Part shown: in pieces, positions 29,484-40,268 of the stretch | Layout: each line of letters starts with the position of its first letter | Numbering within the stretch: the stretch's first letter is position 1 | From: an uncultured virus (IMG/VR IMGVR_UViG_3300048597_000249) | Lineage: Duplodnaviria; Heunggongvirae; Uroviricota; Caudoviricetes | Direction: 5' to 3' (one strand) | IMG/VR virus record: IMGVR_UViG_3300048597_000249 | DNA length: 64,000 nucleotides | Notes under the pieces: generated by a model | The model's database searches: none | Told to the model about the DNA's origin: nothing | Seen by the model: the letters and a program-made list of their open reading frames with translations, nothing else | Position numbers and translations under genes: made by a program

Positions 29484-29560
29484 AATTAAATAACGCCGAG
29501 CTAACGCAAAGGAAGGAGTGGCGACCTTGATCTTTTTTCAATCGTAGTTAATTTAAAAAT

Positions 29561-29944
29561 ATGAACGGATCTGTAAATTTCGCTTACGTGAACAATAAGT
29601 ATTTCGACGACACCAAAGGTAAAGCTCGATTGAATGTAATTTGTTCTAACTCTGTGGGTAAAGATCAATATAAAAAATACATTAATTATTCTGTAACACT
29701 TTGGGAAGACGAAGCTGTTTATTGGAACGGACTTCTTACCGGGAATAAAGAATCTAAACAATGTGTTTCTTTCAGTGGTTATATTTCCGATGTCGTGGGT
29801 AAGGAGAAAGACGGTAAAGTTTATACCACTGTTTATGTCAATTTGGCGAAAGCTGGTAAAACTTCTGCGTTCTTTTTAATTCCTAATTTGTCTGAAAAAC
29901 CCAGTGGTGGTGGTGGCGCAAAATTAGACGATAGCGATTTCTAA
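29561..29944 (+). CDS. ssb: Single-stranded DNA-binding protein
   Basis: Follows ERF; OB-fold-like strands, Gly-rich linker and acidic DDSDF tail. Confidence 0.65.
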   Translation: MNGSVNFAYVNNKYFDDTKGKARLNVICSNSVGKDQYKKYINYSVTLWEDEAVYWNGLLTGNKESKQCVSFSGYISDVVGKEKDGKVYTTVYVNLAKAGKTSAFFLIPNLSEKPSGGGGAKLDDSDF

Positions 29945-29982
29945 GTTGTGATAATCAGGGGGTATTTCACCCCCTTAAAATT

Positions 29983-30141
29983 ATGGATAATTGTCAATGG
30001 ACATGGGTTGGTTTAGATAACTTTTTTCAAACAGATTGTGGTAACGGATTTCAATTTACAGAGGGAACACCTTCTTTCAATAATTTTAAATTTTGTTGTT
30101 ATTGCGGAAAACCATTGGTAGAAGATGACGAAAACAATTGA
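29983..30141 (+). CDS. Small zinc-ribbon protein (not in ORF track)
   Basis: MDNCQW...TDCG...FKFCCYCGKPL, 52 aa. Confidence 0.6.
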   Translation: MDNCQWTWVGLDNFFQTDCGNGFQFTEGTPSFNNFKFCCYCGKPLVEDDENN

Positions 30142-30991
30142 GCGAATCACAGAAGACGGTAAACGTTTCTACAAGGGTTTAGGTTTAAAAGGCGAAAGTG
30201 TAACAACGCTTATCGGCGCATTTGAAGATAAGTCATGGATGGAACGCTGGCATTTATCCCTTGGTAGGAAACATTTCGCCGAATTGGGTGAAGAAGAATC
30301 TGATCCAGAATTGTTAATCGCCGCCGGTAAACCATATGCTGACGAAATCTGTCTAGAAGCGTCGTCACACGGTACAAATCAACATGAAATAGCAGAATTC
30401 CTTTTGCGGGATAAGGCTATCGCAAAAAGTTATTCTAAAGCGGTAAATTTACCACTTTCTCTTAGAAACTTTTTGATAGAGTGTATCGATCCTTATCAAC
30501 ATGACGAATTTCCCGATAAAATAGGTTGCGAAGTTCCTATCATGTTTGAAAAAGGTGGTCATTGTGTAGGTGGTACAACTGACCTAATATGCAATTTTTC
30601 AACCAAAAACATTTATGATTACGACACTGGTGATAAATTAAATATTGATAATTTACTTTGTGTTGGCGATTATAAATTTCCTAAGAAACCAAAATATAAC
30701 AGAGATAATGTTAAGTATTTTATTCAATTAGCAACTTATCGTGCTGGCATTAAATTTACTTATGATGTTGATATTGATAATGCATTGTTAATTGTTTCGC
30801 CAAGATCGACAGAAACATTATATTTATGGTTGTTTGAAAAAGAAGTGTTGGATTTTTATTATGAGACTTTTTTGGAAATGTTGTTTTTATACAATCATAA
30901 TCTGACGCATCTTTTTCATTGGGATGAGTTTGTTAAAAAAGTTATTGACGAAGAAAGATTTGGTCGCAGAATTGTACATAAAAATAAATAA
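30125..30991 (+). CDS. PD-(D/E)XK exonuclease (Cas4-like phage exonuclease)
   Basis: SVTTLI, GTNQHE, GTTDLI, GDYK, QLATY motifs. Confidence 0.8.
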   Translation: MTKTIERITEDGKRFYKGLGLKGESVTTLIGAFEDKSWMERWHLSLGRKHFAELGEEESDPELLIAAGKPYADEICLEASSHGTNQHEIAEFLLRDKAIAKSYSKAVNLPLSLRNFLIECIDPYQHDEFPDKIGCEVPIMFEKGGHCVGGTTDLICNFSTKNIYDYDTGDKLNIDNLLCVGDYKFPKKPKYNRDNVKYFIQLATYRAGIKFTYDVDIDNALLIVSPRSTETLYLWLFEKEVLDFYYETFLEMLFLYNHNLTHLFHWDEFVKKVIDEERFGRRIVHKNK

Positions 30992-31164
30992 TTGTGAAAA
31001 ATACTAAGTTGTTTCTGAAAGGTTTTTATTATATTTATCAATCTTTTAATATTTGGCTAAAATTAATTATTAAAAACTGTTTGAAAAAAGATCATAAAGA
31101 ACATTATTTTTATTACTATCTTGTTAAACATGTTTTTTATCTTAGTTTAAATGGGTATAAATAA

Positions 31165-31569
31165 ATGAGTAAAGGAAAAATATATTTAATAAAACATATT
31201 ACTCGCAAAATGCTTAGAGAAAATCCTGATTCTCTATTTGTATTTGGCGATAATTTTGAACGTAAAGGTTTTGGTGGACAAGCACAACAAATGCGTGGTG
31301 AACCTAATGCTGTAGGAATTGCGACAAAACATAAACCAACAAATGAACCGGATGCTTTTTTCAGCGATGATGACGAATATCGACCCTTGGTTGAATTTGC
31401 CGAAAAGTTTAATTATTTGCGAGATAAATTAAACGAAGGTGTTGATATTTATATTCCTGCTAACGGTATTGGAACTGGTTTGTCAGGATTAAAAAAACAT
31501 GCGCCGAAAATATGGGAAGAGTTAATTAAATGTTTTGATTATTTTTTAGATGTGAAATTTGAGAAATAA
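31165..31569 (+). CDS. DUF7831-like protein
   Basis: FVFGDN..RKGFGGQA..MRGEPNAVGIATK...GIGTG. Confidence 0.65.
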   Translation: MSKGKIYLIKHITRKMLRENPDSLFVFGDNFERKGFGGQAQQMRGEPNAVGIATKHKPTNEPDAFFSDDDEYRPLVEFAEKFNYLRDKLNEGVDIYIPANGIGTGLSGLKKHAPKIWEELIKCFDYFLDVKFEK

Positions 31570-32246
31570 ATATGATTAATATACTATTAGTAATTTTTGT
31601 TTTAATGTCGTATCTCAGAATTACAGAGTTATTAGACAAAATAGATGAATTACAAAAAGAGTTAAACGATGATAAAAAACTGTAAAGATTGTGCTTATCA
31701 TTCGGCGAAATTATATTGCTCTAACCCCATTAGTCCAGTAAATAAGGTTAACTTCGCATTAGATTTAGATCCAATTATTGATGAATATGGTGAATTAACA
31801 ACACAAGAGTTATGTGCTATTGGTTGGGCTAGTCATTGTAATTACTTCGTGCCGCAATATGTTGAAGAATACGTACTCGTCTGAAGAACTTCGAGAAGCC
31901 GCTATTATTTATTTTTTGCGAGATAATTTAGAGAAAAACAAAACAAAAATTGAATTAATTAAACTTCTAGAATCTGGCGCATATCCTCGTTTTTCAAACA
32001 TATTGTTAAATCCATTTGAATATCTTGGCGATGTGGAACAAGAAATTAAAGAAGTTAATAACGTGTTTCGTTATTTAAAAACCGATTATCACATTTCTTC
32101 AAAACAAGATTGGCGTAATTTTATCGCGGAATTAATTAATAACTTTTGTTTAACTTTTCATATTAAAAGTATTAGTGATAATAATAGAATTTATTATTAT
32201 ATCGATAACGAGTTAGATTGTATTAACTAGTTCGTGATTATTAATA

Positions 32247-33068
32247 ATGTTCAATATTTTAAATTATGCCGACCAATTAGAATTTGTTGCCGAAAATAAT
32301 ACGCAGTTAACTTATCGTTGCCCAGTATGTTTTTCAAAGTTACAAGTATCTAAGCGAAAATTGGCATACATGTGTGTTTCGGATTGTTCTTCGAGTGATA
32401 TTCGAGCACATCTTGATATTCCCAGATCCGCCGATTATTTTCCTAAAGTTTACGTTGCGCCAAAACCAATTCCATTACCTCGCAAAATTAATTTACACAA
32501 ATGTAATGCTAAATATGACTTGGAACAACAACATTTTTTTCATCCAAAATATGAAGAATCTGCGGTAAAAACAATTTACAATTATTCGCCGCATCATCGT
32601 ATTGTGCGCATGGATTTATTAGAATCTGGCGAGAAAATGTTTTATCCGAATAAAAAAATAGATGGTCGTTGGCAAATAGTTGCTGACGAACAACATCCTT
32701 TTTTCAACGAAGATAAAATACATCAAAAAGATACTTTTGTAACGTTGGTGGAAGGTGAAAAATGCGCTGTAGAGCTGTCGAAACAAGGTATACTGGCTAT
32801 TACTCCACCACCATTTGGATGGGGTGAGAATCGACTTGAAGAAGGGTTCAAGCGCTTGTATTACGACATTGACGGAGTGTTGGTAATACCCGATAATGAC
32901 ATTGTTGGATTGAAAAAAGCAGTACGGGTTCAGAATGCTTGTTGGCGAGTTGGATTACCGTGTAGAATTTTAAATCTGGAAGATTATTATTGCACCGAAA
33001 AAGAAGATGTCGCCGACTTAATAAAGCGAGGTCTTAATATAAATGAAGTGATTCGTGATTTGTTATAG
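32247..33068 (+). CDS. DNA primase (Zn finger + TOPRIM)
   Basis: CPVC...C..C; LVEGEKCA; PDND..G; DVAD. Confidence 0.85.
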   Translation: MFNILNYADQLEFVAENNTQLTYRCPVCFSKLQVSKRKLAYMCVSDCSSSDIRAHLDIPRSADYFPKVYVAPKPIPLPRKINLHKCNAKYDLEQQHFFHPKYEESAVKTIYNYSPHHRIVRMDLLESGEKMFYPNKKIDGRWQIVADEQHPFFNEDKIHQKDTFVTLVEGEKCAVELSKQGILAITPPPFGWGENRLEEGFKRLYYDIDGVLVIPDNDIVGLKKAVRVQNACWRVGLPCRILNLEDYYCTEKEDVADLIKRGLNINEVIRDLL

Positions 33069-33082
33069 TTTCAGAGGATTTC

Positions 33083-34915
33083 ATGGAAGATAATATCAAG
33101 TTAAAAAACAAGTTAATAGCGCTGTTAACAGTATCAGATCCGGCAATTAGACACAAGACAATGCTGGAGGCGTCAGAACAATTAAATATTCCGTTACCTA
33201 ATGTAGAAGATGGGTTTACACAACTTTGGTTAGAAGAATTAGATCGCCGAGTTAAAGTAATTGAAAATCCTGATTTAGATTTTGCTACTCGTTTGTTGAA
33301 AAAAGAAGCAATTAGTCAATGGTTGCGTAATTTTATCAGCGACAAGAAGGATCGGGAAAATCTCATCAATCAAAAAATGTTGAAAGATGAGCCGGTTAAA
33401 ATCTATACTCTCGCCGATCTCAAAGCAATGAGAAAAATACGACGTAGTAAATATTATGTCACTGGTCTTTTTCAACCAGGTCTTTATCTCGTCGTTGCTC
33501 AAGCCAAAACTGGTAAAACTCTGTTCGGTTTATCTCTCGGCGTATCACTACTACGGGGGAATAAATTTCTCAATCGTCAGGTTATTAAGTCTAATGTACT
33601 AATTCTTCAAAATGAGGAAGAAGTATCGTCAACTGGTGCAAAGATTGATAATCATGGGTTACAGGATTTTGAACGTGAGAATCCTGAAGAATATCAGCAG
33701 TTGATTAATTCTCACCAGTTGATTGTCACACGGGGGTTAGACATTTGTGTTGATCGCGAGAAAATTATGGAAATCGTCGATCAGTACGATATTAAGTGTT
33801 TAATTGTTGATTCGTTCCGAGCATCTATTGCAAAATCTGGTTTGACTGAAATGGATTTGGGTAGTGCTATGGCGTTGTATCAACTACAAGGTGAGATTCA
33901 TGAGCGGGGTATGCTGTGTCTCGTTATTCACCACGCCAATAAAGCTGATAACAACGATGGTCAAACCAATGCTCTTAAGGGTGTTGGTGGTCATAATTCG
34001 CTGATTGGCGCAAATGACGGAATCGTAAAACTGTTGCGGAATGCCGAGAAAAAACACGATGGTCGTGAGACTATTGATGTGAATTTTTACCCTCGTAACG
34101 ATACGCCGTCATCGTTTAACATCTGTTACAAAGAGAAAGAAGCGTGCGAATGGCAGTTTGAAGTGCTTGATGAATCAGTTCTATCAGAATGGATGTTAAA
34201 AGCGATATGCGATATTCTCGTAGCGCTAGATGACCCTTATCAAGAGTGGTTGGAAAATCATGCTGATGACGATGAACCACCTGTTATTAGTGGTAAAGAT
34301 ATCGACGAATTGATGCTTGATACTAATTTGCAAAAACACGAGTTGGTCAAAGTGCTAAATTATTTGGATCACAACGAAGCAGTGTGTCGTTATTCCGTTA
34401 AGAAGAAGTGGATTTACCACATTCCAAGGGAGGGTAGCGACATGTTCTATTTGGTAGAGGATCAGCGTGAAAAAGAATCCGAGAAACAGAAAATGCGAGA
34501 ATTGGTGGAAGTTGTTTTTGCCAAGATTTTAAAAACTACTACTGTCGAAGAATTAGATGCATTGTCGGAGAGCTTAGATGACGAAGTGCGTGTCGTGGTG
34601 CGGACTAGTCCTACGCCAGATGTACAGCGTCATATTTCGTTATTGCGTGATCCGCCCAAGTTTGCGGTGGGTGATAAAGTTAAGTTTATCAGCGCCGATG
34701 GTAGTAATGTTTTTAGTGTTACTGAGGTTGTGTTTAAAGCTGACATGATTGAGAAAAAGAAACATCGTTGGCAGTATCAATTGAAAGGAGTGGATGATTT
34801 GGCGGAAGCGTTTGAATTGGAGAAAGTTGAAAAAAATGATGTAATGCCAGTTGTGGTTGATACAGTTGCCGAAGTAGTGAATGTTGAAGTTGTCGAAGAT
34901 GATTTAGCGTTTTAG
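33083..34915 (+). CDS. RecA-type replicative helicase (RepA/AAA_25-like)
   Basis: AQAKTGKT Walker A, LQNEE, LIVDSF Walker B, VIHHANK; directly after primase. Confidence 0.85.
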   Translation: MEDNIKLKNKLIALLTVSDPAIRHKTMLEASEQLNIPLPNVEDGFTQLWLEELDRRVKVIENPDLDFATRLLKKEAISQWLRNFISDKKDRENLINQKMLKDEPVKIYTLADLKAMRKIRRSKYYVTGLFQPGLYLVVAQAKTGKTLFGLSLGVSLLRGNKFLNRQVIKSNVLILQNEEEVSSTGAKIDNHGLQDFERENPEEYQQLINSHQLIVTRGLDICVDREKIMEIVDQYDIKCLIVDSFRASIAKSGLTEMDLGSAMALYQLQGEIHERGMLCLVIHHANKADNNDGQTNALKGVGGHNSLIGANDGIVKLLRNAEKKHDGRETIDVNFYPRNDTPSSFNICYKEKEACEWQFEVLDESVLSEWMLKAICDILVALDDPYQEWLENHADDDEPPVISGKDIDELMLDTNLQKHELVKVLNYLDHNEAVCRYSVKKKWIYHIPREGSDMFYLVEDQREKESEKQKMRELVEVVFAKILKTTTVEELDALSESLDDEVRVVVRTSPTPDVQRHISLLRDPPKFAVGDKVKFISADGSNVFSVTEVVFKADMIEKKKHRWQYQLKGVDDLAEAFELEKVEKNDVMPVVVDTVAEVVNVEVVEDDLAF

Positions 34916-35086
34916 GATTATCATGGAAACTTATACTGACGGTATAGAAGCCTTTGTTGCGTTATTGTTTTGGTTGATGATTTTTATGTTTATTGGTAAG
35001 AATACTAAAGATTATTAACTCTGTAGGTTTGCGGGATAACTACCCGCCACCTACTGATTGTTTGTAGTAAATATTAAAGAATAAAT

Positions 35087-35854
35087 ATGTTAGGAATTAG
35101 TAAAGCAAAGAAAGCAACTATTGTATACAACGGTATTGAACTCGAAGGCTATATGTTGCCGGATGGTTCGTACCATTTGAGTAAAACGCAAATAGCAGGA
35201 TCTATTGAAAAACGTCATCAATCGGTTGTCGAATTCTTACAAGGAAAATCCCCAGAAGCCGCGCCATATAAGGATTTTTTTGAAAATTCGTTCCCGGAAA
35301 TTGGTATCGAAGGAAATAATGGTTATTTCCATGGTGTGCCATTAGATTTAGCATATAACTATTGGTTATACCATGCTAATAAAAGTTGGAAACCAGCTCA
35401 AGATTTAATAACTAAACTTGGTGAAATACCGTATCAAGAAGGTGTTGCTATTTTTGGTGAAAATTTTAAAAATAATATACACTACTGTAAAAAGAATAAG
35501 ATTAGCGTAGTTAAGCCGGAAAAAGATATACAACAACAATTGAACCTAAAACTTAACGGCTTGTTAGAAGTTGCTACACCAGTTGGTAAAATTGATATTC
35601 TGACAGATAAGTTATTGATCGAAATTAAAAAAGCAAAAGACTGGAAAGCGGCAATCGGACAATTATTAATGTATGGACACTATTATCCTAAACATCAGAA
35701 ACTGTTATATTTATTTGGGTTACCAAAGTCTTTTGATTTAGAGTTAGTAAGTTATTTATGTTCCGATTTTAATATTGACGTAATTACAAACAATAATACC
35801 ATACCATACGTAGAAAAAGAAACTTTCCAAAGTATGTTGAACTTAGCTCAATAA
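35087..35854 (+). CDS. DNA-binding N-terminal domain fused to PD-(D/E)XK-like endonuclease
   Basis: C-terminal EVATPVGKIDILTDKLLIEIK...WKAAIGQ; N-terminal LEGYMLPDGSY. Confidence 0.6.
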   Translation: MLGISKAKKATIVYNGIELEGYMLPDGSYHLSKTQIAGSIEKRHQSVVEFLQGKSPEAAPYKDFFENSFPEIGIEGNNGYFHGVPLDLAYNYWLYHANKSWKPAQDLITKLGEIPYQEGVAIFGENFKNNIHYCKKNKISVVKPEKDIQQQLNLKLNGLLEVATPVGKIDILTDKLLIEIKKAKDWKAAIGQLLMYGHYYPKHQKLLYLFGLPKSFDLELVSYLCSDFNIDVITNNNTIPYVEKETFQSMLNLAQ

Positions 35855-35943
35855 ATAATTAATTAAATTAAGGGTGGTCAGTAGTTATCTAATCACCCCT
35901 TTTTTCAATCGAGTAGTGAAAATAATAAAAATGAGTTTAAAAT

Positions 35944-36744
35944 ATGTTTCGTTCACAATTAGAGCCACATTTAAATACTGTGGTTTATGTCAGCACAATA
36001 CCAGTTGGCAAAAAGAAACACGATTATTTTCTTCACAAAACTGTACAAGTATTAACTTTACAACGTAACGAAACAACAATTGATGTAACAAATATTTTGG
36101 CGAGAGATATTAGTTATAATTATTATGCATTAGATCATATTTGGATTTCGCCAACTGTAATTAATAACGGTAATTGTTTAAATTGTTTTACTAAATTGTT
36201 CGACAGATTATTTCCTGGTGATAGATTATATTTTCTTGCCAAGATTGAAAAATATATTAGGAATGATGGGACTACGGATTATGGATTTGCGCCAGTATCA
36301 AAGTTAGAAAAATTTGTTTATCAATTATTAATCCCGCAATATTTTTTACATTATAAATTTTGCACAATAGAACCATTTGGTAAAGTCTATGATTTTTATC
36401 GGAAAAGATTAACAAATTCGCCGCTACCCATTGAACAATTATTTGAAAAATATCGTGAATATGCTGTTAAATTATTGCGGGAAATAAAACAATATCAAAA
36501 AGATTTAGAAGAGTTGGTCGAAATACAAGACAATAATAAGTTTTTTTCAACCCAATTTGAACAAGATAAATATTGCGCATTCGCCATTGTTGACGTTGTT
36601 CTCACTAGAGTGAATAATATTTGTATCCACATGAATAACTGGTGTGCTAAGAATGAAAAAAGATTATTGAAAAAAGAGCGTAAACAAAAAGCAAGAAGTA
36701 AAATAAAATCTCGTGCTAAAGGATTTGGTATAACAAATGTATGA
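35944..36744 (+). CDS. Hypothetical protein
   Basis: 266-aa ORF; DHIW...F.AKI.KY.R.DGT.DYG pattern. Confidence 0.6.
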   Translation: MFRSQLEPHLNTVVYVSTIPVGKKKHDYFLHKTVQVLTLQRNETTIDVTNILARDISYNYYALDHIWISPTVINNGNCLNCFTKLFDRLFPGDRLYFLAKIEKYIRNDGTTDYGFAPVSKLEKFVYQLLIPQYFLHYKFCTIEPFGKVYDFYRKRLTNSPLPIEQLFEKYREYAVKLLREIKQYQKDLEELVEIQDNNKFFSTQFEQDKYCAFAIVDVVLTRVNNICIHMNNWCAKNEKRLLKKERKQKARSKIKSRAKGFGITNV

Positions 36745-36969
36745 AAAATAAAATTAAAAAATTAGTAAGTCGATTAAAAAAAATAAATATAAACATAGAA
36801 CTTGTTCTAAATTATCCTTGGGTTTATTTAGCAAAAGTAAATAATAAACAAGTTACAGAAACTTATTATAGTAACTATGGTTATACAATTTGTTTTTTAA
36901 CGCAAAATAATTTTATCAACCGTCGTAAATTATTTAAATTATTGCGTAAATATAGTCAAAAATAATATT

Positions 36970-39315
36970 ATGTCTGAGTTATTAAAAAAAATTAGAGTGT
37001 ATGACGTAGAGTGTTATCCTAATTTATTTATGGTAACTTTCTATTCTTATGCGACAGAAGATTATTATACACTTTCTATTTTTCCTGAAAAAAATATTGA
37101 TGATAGAAATATAATAATTAAATGTTTTCTAGCACCAGATGTTATTTGGTGTGGTTATAATAATTTAAGTTATGACGATGCGATGATTCATCAACTAACT
37201 ATGTTATGTCGGCATAAAGATAGAGTTGATGAAGAATATGTTGTTAAGAATAAATTAAATTGGAATAGAGAAGAACCTTATTTTAAAATCGGCAAAGATT
37301 GGTATAAAGTTTATTTGGATTTAAATGACAAGTCGTTATCGGCAGAAGAATTAACAAAAAAGTTGCATGAGTATTCGTCGAGTTTGATGGGTGGTAATAC
37401 TGGAAAATATTTAAAAAAAATAAATATCAAGTCTTTAGATTTATCAGAATTGATTCGCAAAGGATTTACGACAAAATCTTTAAAATCTGTTGCGGTAAAT
37501 TTAAAACATCATCGTATTCAAGATTTGCCTTTAGATCCGTTAGTTAACGTAACTATAAATCAATATGAGTTAATGAATGATTACAATATCAACGATGTTA
37601 TCATCACTAAGAAGATTTTAGAATCGTTGATTAAAGATATTGATTTAAGAGCTTTTCTTAATGATTATTACAATAACGAAGTTAACTTGTTGTCAGAATC
37701 TGATAGTGGTATTTGTAAAAAGTTATTAACTGTCTTTTATCAGAAAAAACTTCGAGATCGCAAAATTCCTTGGAGAGATAATCGTTGGAAATTTCGTAAA
37801 GAAAAAAGTGTTCACGGTGATATACCAGTTGCCGATATTATTTACGACAGAGTACGTTTTTCAACAAGACAAATGCAAAAATTTCATGAGGAGATTTTAA
37901 AACAAACACTGGTTAAAAAAAGTTCTACAATAACTTCAGATAAATATGAATGGGAACACCATGTTGAATTTGGTGGTAAAACTTATAATATTGGGTTAGG
38001 TGGACTGCATTCACAAGATGATGCTGTTATTTATGAAACTAATGATGAATATGTGATACTTGATTTAGATTGTACGTCAATGTATCCTCAGAGTTTTGTT
38101 TATAATGGTTTGTGTCCAGAACATCTTGACAACGAAATATTTTTAGAAATTTTAAACGAGTTGTTAGTAGAGAGAGTTAAATACAAAAGGTTATACAAAG
38201 AAACAAAAGATGATACTTATTACAAATTACAAGGAGCTATGAAAATTGCTCTCAATAGTTTTTTTGGTCTAACAAATAGTAAAACGTTCTGGTTATTCGA
38301 TCCTAAAACAACATTTACTTGTACAGTTAACAATCAACTTTTAATGATGATGTTGATTGAAGATTTTACATTGAAAGAATATAAAGTTATTTCGGCGAAT
38401 ACAGATGGTATTACTGTCAGAATTCGGCGAGAACAATTAGAACCTTTACGGGAGGTTTATAAAGAATGGGAAAAAATGTCTGGTTTCACCTTAGAGGAAG
38501 TATTTTATGAAAAATATATTCGTCGGGATGTTAATAATTACATCGCTACCATAGTTGGTGATAAGACAAAATATAAAGGAGACTTTAAACCACAATCACA
38601 AAAACCTTTAAGCGATGGTTATGAATATCCTATTGTCACAGAAGCATTATGTAATTATTTTTTAGACAATATACCTATTGAAAAAACAATAAAAAAATGT
38701 CGTGATATTTACGATTTCTGTTTTGCTCAGAAGTGCGATAAAAAATTCACTAATTATTTGCAATATATCGAAAAGAAAGAATTGCACAGATATGGTAAAA
38801 ATTTAGATAAAATTTATGTTACACCTAAAGTTGAAGAAAAGTTAATTAAAGAAGAAATTGTACAACGTAATTTTCGATTATTTGTTAGCTTGCCGGAAGT
38901 GTTTGAAACACCAGAGTTAGAAAAATTTGAAGGTTACGGTGATGTTTATTATCGTGGATATAGTTTGAAAAAAAAGAAAATAGGAACCAGTAAAAGATAT
39001 GTTGTAATTAAAGATTCTGAAATTAATAGATGTTGGTGGATTGTTGATTTATTAACAGGAGAAAAAGTTGGAGATTCCTATAAAACAAAAATTTCTACAG
39101 CGGACATATTAAAAGAATTAAATTCTGCTGATGATGCCGTTATAAAAGTTGAACAAGTTAATAATTATGTTGCTGGTAAATTTATAACATTGTTTAATGA
39201 TTATTATAATGTTGACAACTTTGAGGATTACAGAATTGATTATGATTTTTATTTAGATTTGGCGCAAAAAGAAATAGATAAAGTTGAAAAACAATTAAAA
39301 ATTAAAAATGATTGA
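36970..39315 (+). CDS. polB: DNA polymerase family B
   Basis: ExoI YDVECY, ExoII GYNNLSYDD, ExoIII YNINDV; motifs A DCTSMYP, B KIALNSFFG, C SANTDG. Confidence 0.93.
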   Translation: MSELLKKIRVYDVECYPNLFMVTFYSYATEDYYTLSIFPEKNIDDRNIIIKCFLAPDVIWCGYNNLSYDDAMIHQLTMLCRHKDRVDEEYVVKNKLNWNREEPYFKIGKDWYKVYLDLNDKSLSAEELTKKLHEYSSSLMGGNTGKYLKKINIKSLDLSELIRKGFTTKSLKSVAVNLKHHRIQDLPLDPLVNVTINQYELMNDYNINDVIITKKILESLIKDIDLRAFLNDYYNNEVNLLSESDSGICKKLLTVFYQKKLRDRKIPWRDNRWKFRKEKSVHGDIPVADIIYDRVRFSTRQMQKFHEEILKQTLVKKSSTITSDKYEWEHHVEFGGKTYNIGLGGLHSQDDAVIYETNDEYVILDLDCTSMYPQSFVYNGLCPEHLDNEIFLEILNELLVERVKYKRLYKETKDDTYYKLQGAMKIALNSFFGLTNSKTFWLFDPKTTFTCTVNNQLLMMMLIEDFTLKEYKVISANTDGITVRIRREQLEPLREVYKEWEKMSGFTLEEVFYEKYIRRDVNNYIATIVGDKTKYKGDFKPQSQKPLSDGYEYPIVTEALCNYFLDNIPIEKTIKKCRDIYDFCFAQKCDKKFTNYLQYIEKKELHRYGKNLDKIYVTPKVEEKLIKEEIVQRNFRLFVSLPEVFETPELEKFEGYGDVYYRGYSLKKKKIGTSKRYVVIKDSEINRCWWIVDLLTGEKVGDSYKTKISTADILKELNSADDAVIKVEQVNNYVAGKFITLFNDYYNVDNFEDYRIDYDFYLDLAQKEIDKVEKQLKIKND

Positions 39316-39622
39316 AAAATATTATAACGAGTTTGGCAATGTTGCTGTTCTTTACTCACCTGGTTGGGGAGCAGGTTGGTCTACTTGGAACGGAGATTTA
39401 CCAGAGTTGATATTTGACTCAGATTTAGCAAAAGCAGTATTGAGAAACGATAAAGATGAGGTTATAAAAATCGCCGAAGAGTTATGTCCTGGCGGCTACT
39501 TTGGCGGAGTTGACAGTTTAAAAATTGCATTCATTGAACCAGGTACGCTGTTTCGTATTGATGAATATGATGGCGCAGAAAGTGTTGTGATTTTTAACAG
39601 AAACGATTATTACGAGGCGTAA
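39308..39622 (+). CDS. Conserved hypothetical phage protein
   Basis: VAVLYSPGWGAGWSTWN...FRIDEYDGAE motif. Confidence 0.7.
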   Translation: MIEKYYNEFGNVAVLYSPGWGAGWSTWNGDLPELIFDSDLAKAVLRNDKDEVIKIAEELCPGGYFGGVDSLKIAFIEPGTLFRIDEYDGAESVVIFNRNDYYEA

Positions 39623-39628
39623 ATTAAA

Positions 39629-40204
39629 ATGTACAACGAAGATAATTTGGAATATTACATCACTTGTGGTAAAGGTAGCGATTTAGTTGGTTACGTTAAT
39701 TTTGAAAATAATCAATATAAAGTGGTTAAAACACCAGAAGAAGCTACTGTAATAAAATCAAAACGAAATGCGGAAATTGTAGAACAATATCTTGATTATT
39801 CAATACCCAAGAAAGACCGAAAATATCATCATTACTTATTGAATATTGATAAAGCTAATACTTGTATAGTGTATTTAATTTCTGTTATTGATGAGATGAG
39901 TCGTTATCATAAACATATGATGTTGCATCTCGAATATAATGGTTGTGGTGTTTCCGACATCGGAGTTCGCACAACAATTAATGGGGCAGAATCTTTTGAA
40001 ACAATAAATGAAGCTAAAAAAGCAATAAAAGCTTTGCGGTTATTTTGGCGTAAACCTACTTTGTGTGTTGTAAGTGCTGACATTAATTCAGACGATACGC
40101 AAGAAGTTACATACCATTATGTTGATATTGGTTCAGCAAAAATAACAACAAATATTCCTAGCGATATTATTGAAAAATCAATTGATGAAGATATAGAATT
40201 TTAA
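39629..40204 (+). CDS. Hypothetical protein
   Basis: 191-aa ORF. Confidence 0.6.
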   Translation: MYNEDNLEYYITCGKGSDLVGYVNFENNQYKVVKTPEEATVIKSKRNAEIVEQYLDYSIPKKDRKYHHYLLNIDKANTCIVYLISVIDEMSRYHKHMMLHLEYNGCGVSDIGVRTTINGAESFETINEAKKAIKALRLFWRKPTLCVVSADINSDDTQEVTYHYVDIGSAKITTNIPSDIIEKSIDEDIEF

Positions 40205-40268
40205 CTAAAACTAGCTCAAACAAATAGTTATGGCGCAATAATCTGCGCCTATTTTTTTTTCAACCAAT

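Noticed and set aside
30125..30991. CRISPR-associated Cas4 / CRISPR locus
   Set aside because: No repeat-spacer array or other cas gene seen in the window; context is ERF-SSB recombination
1808..35905. GGGGT…ACCCC hairpin family (~1808, 4189, 8275, 25942, 29958, 35871) as a novel repeat element
   Set aside because: Most follow stop codons and precede T-runs; adequately explained as intrinsic terminators
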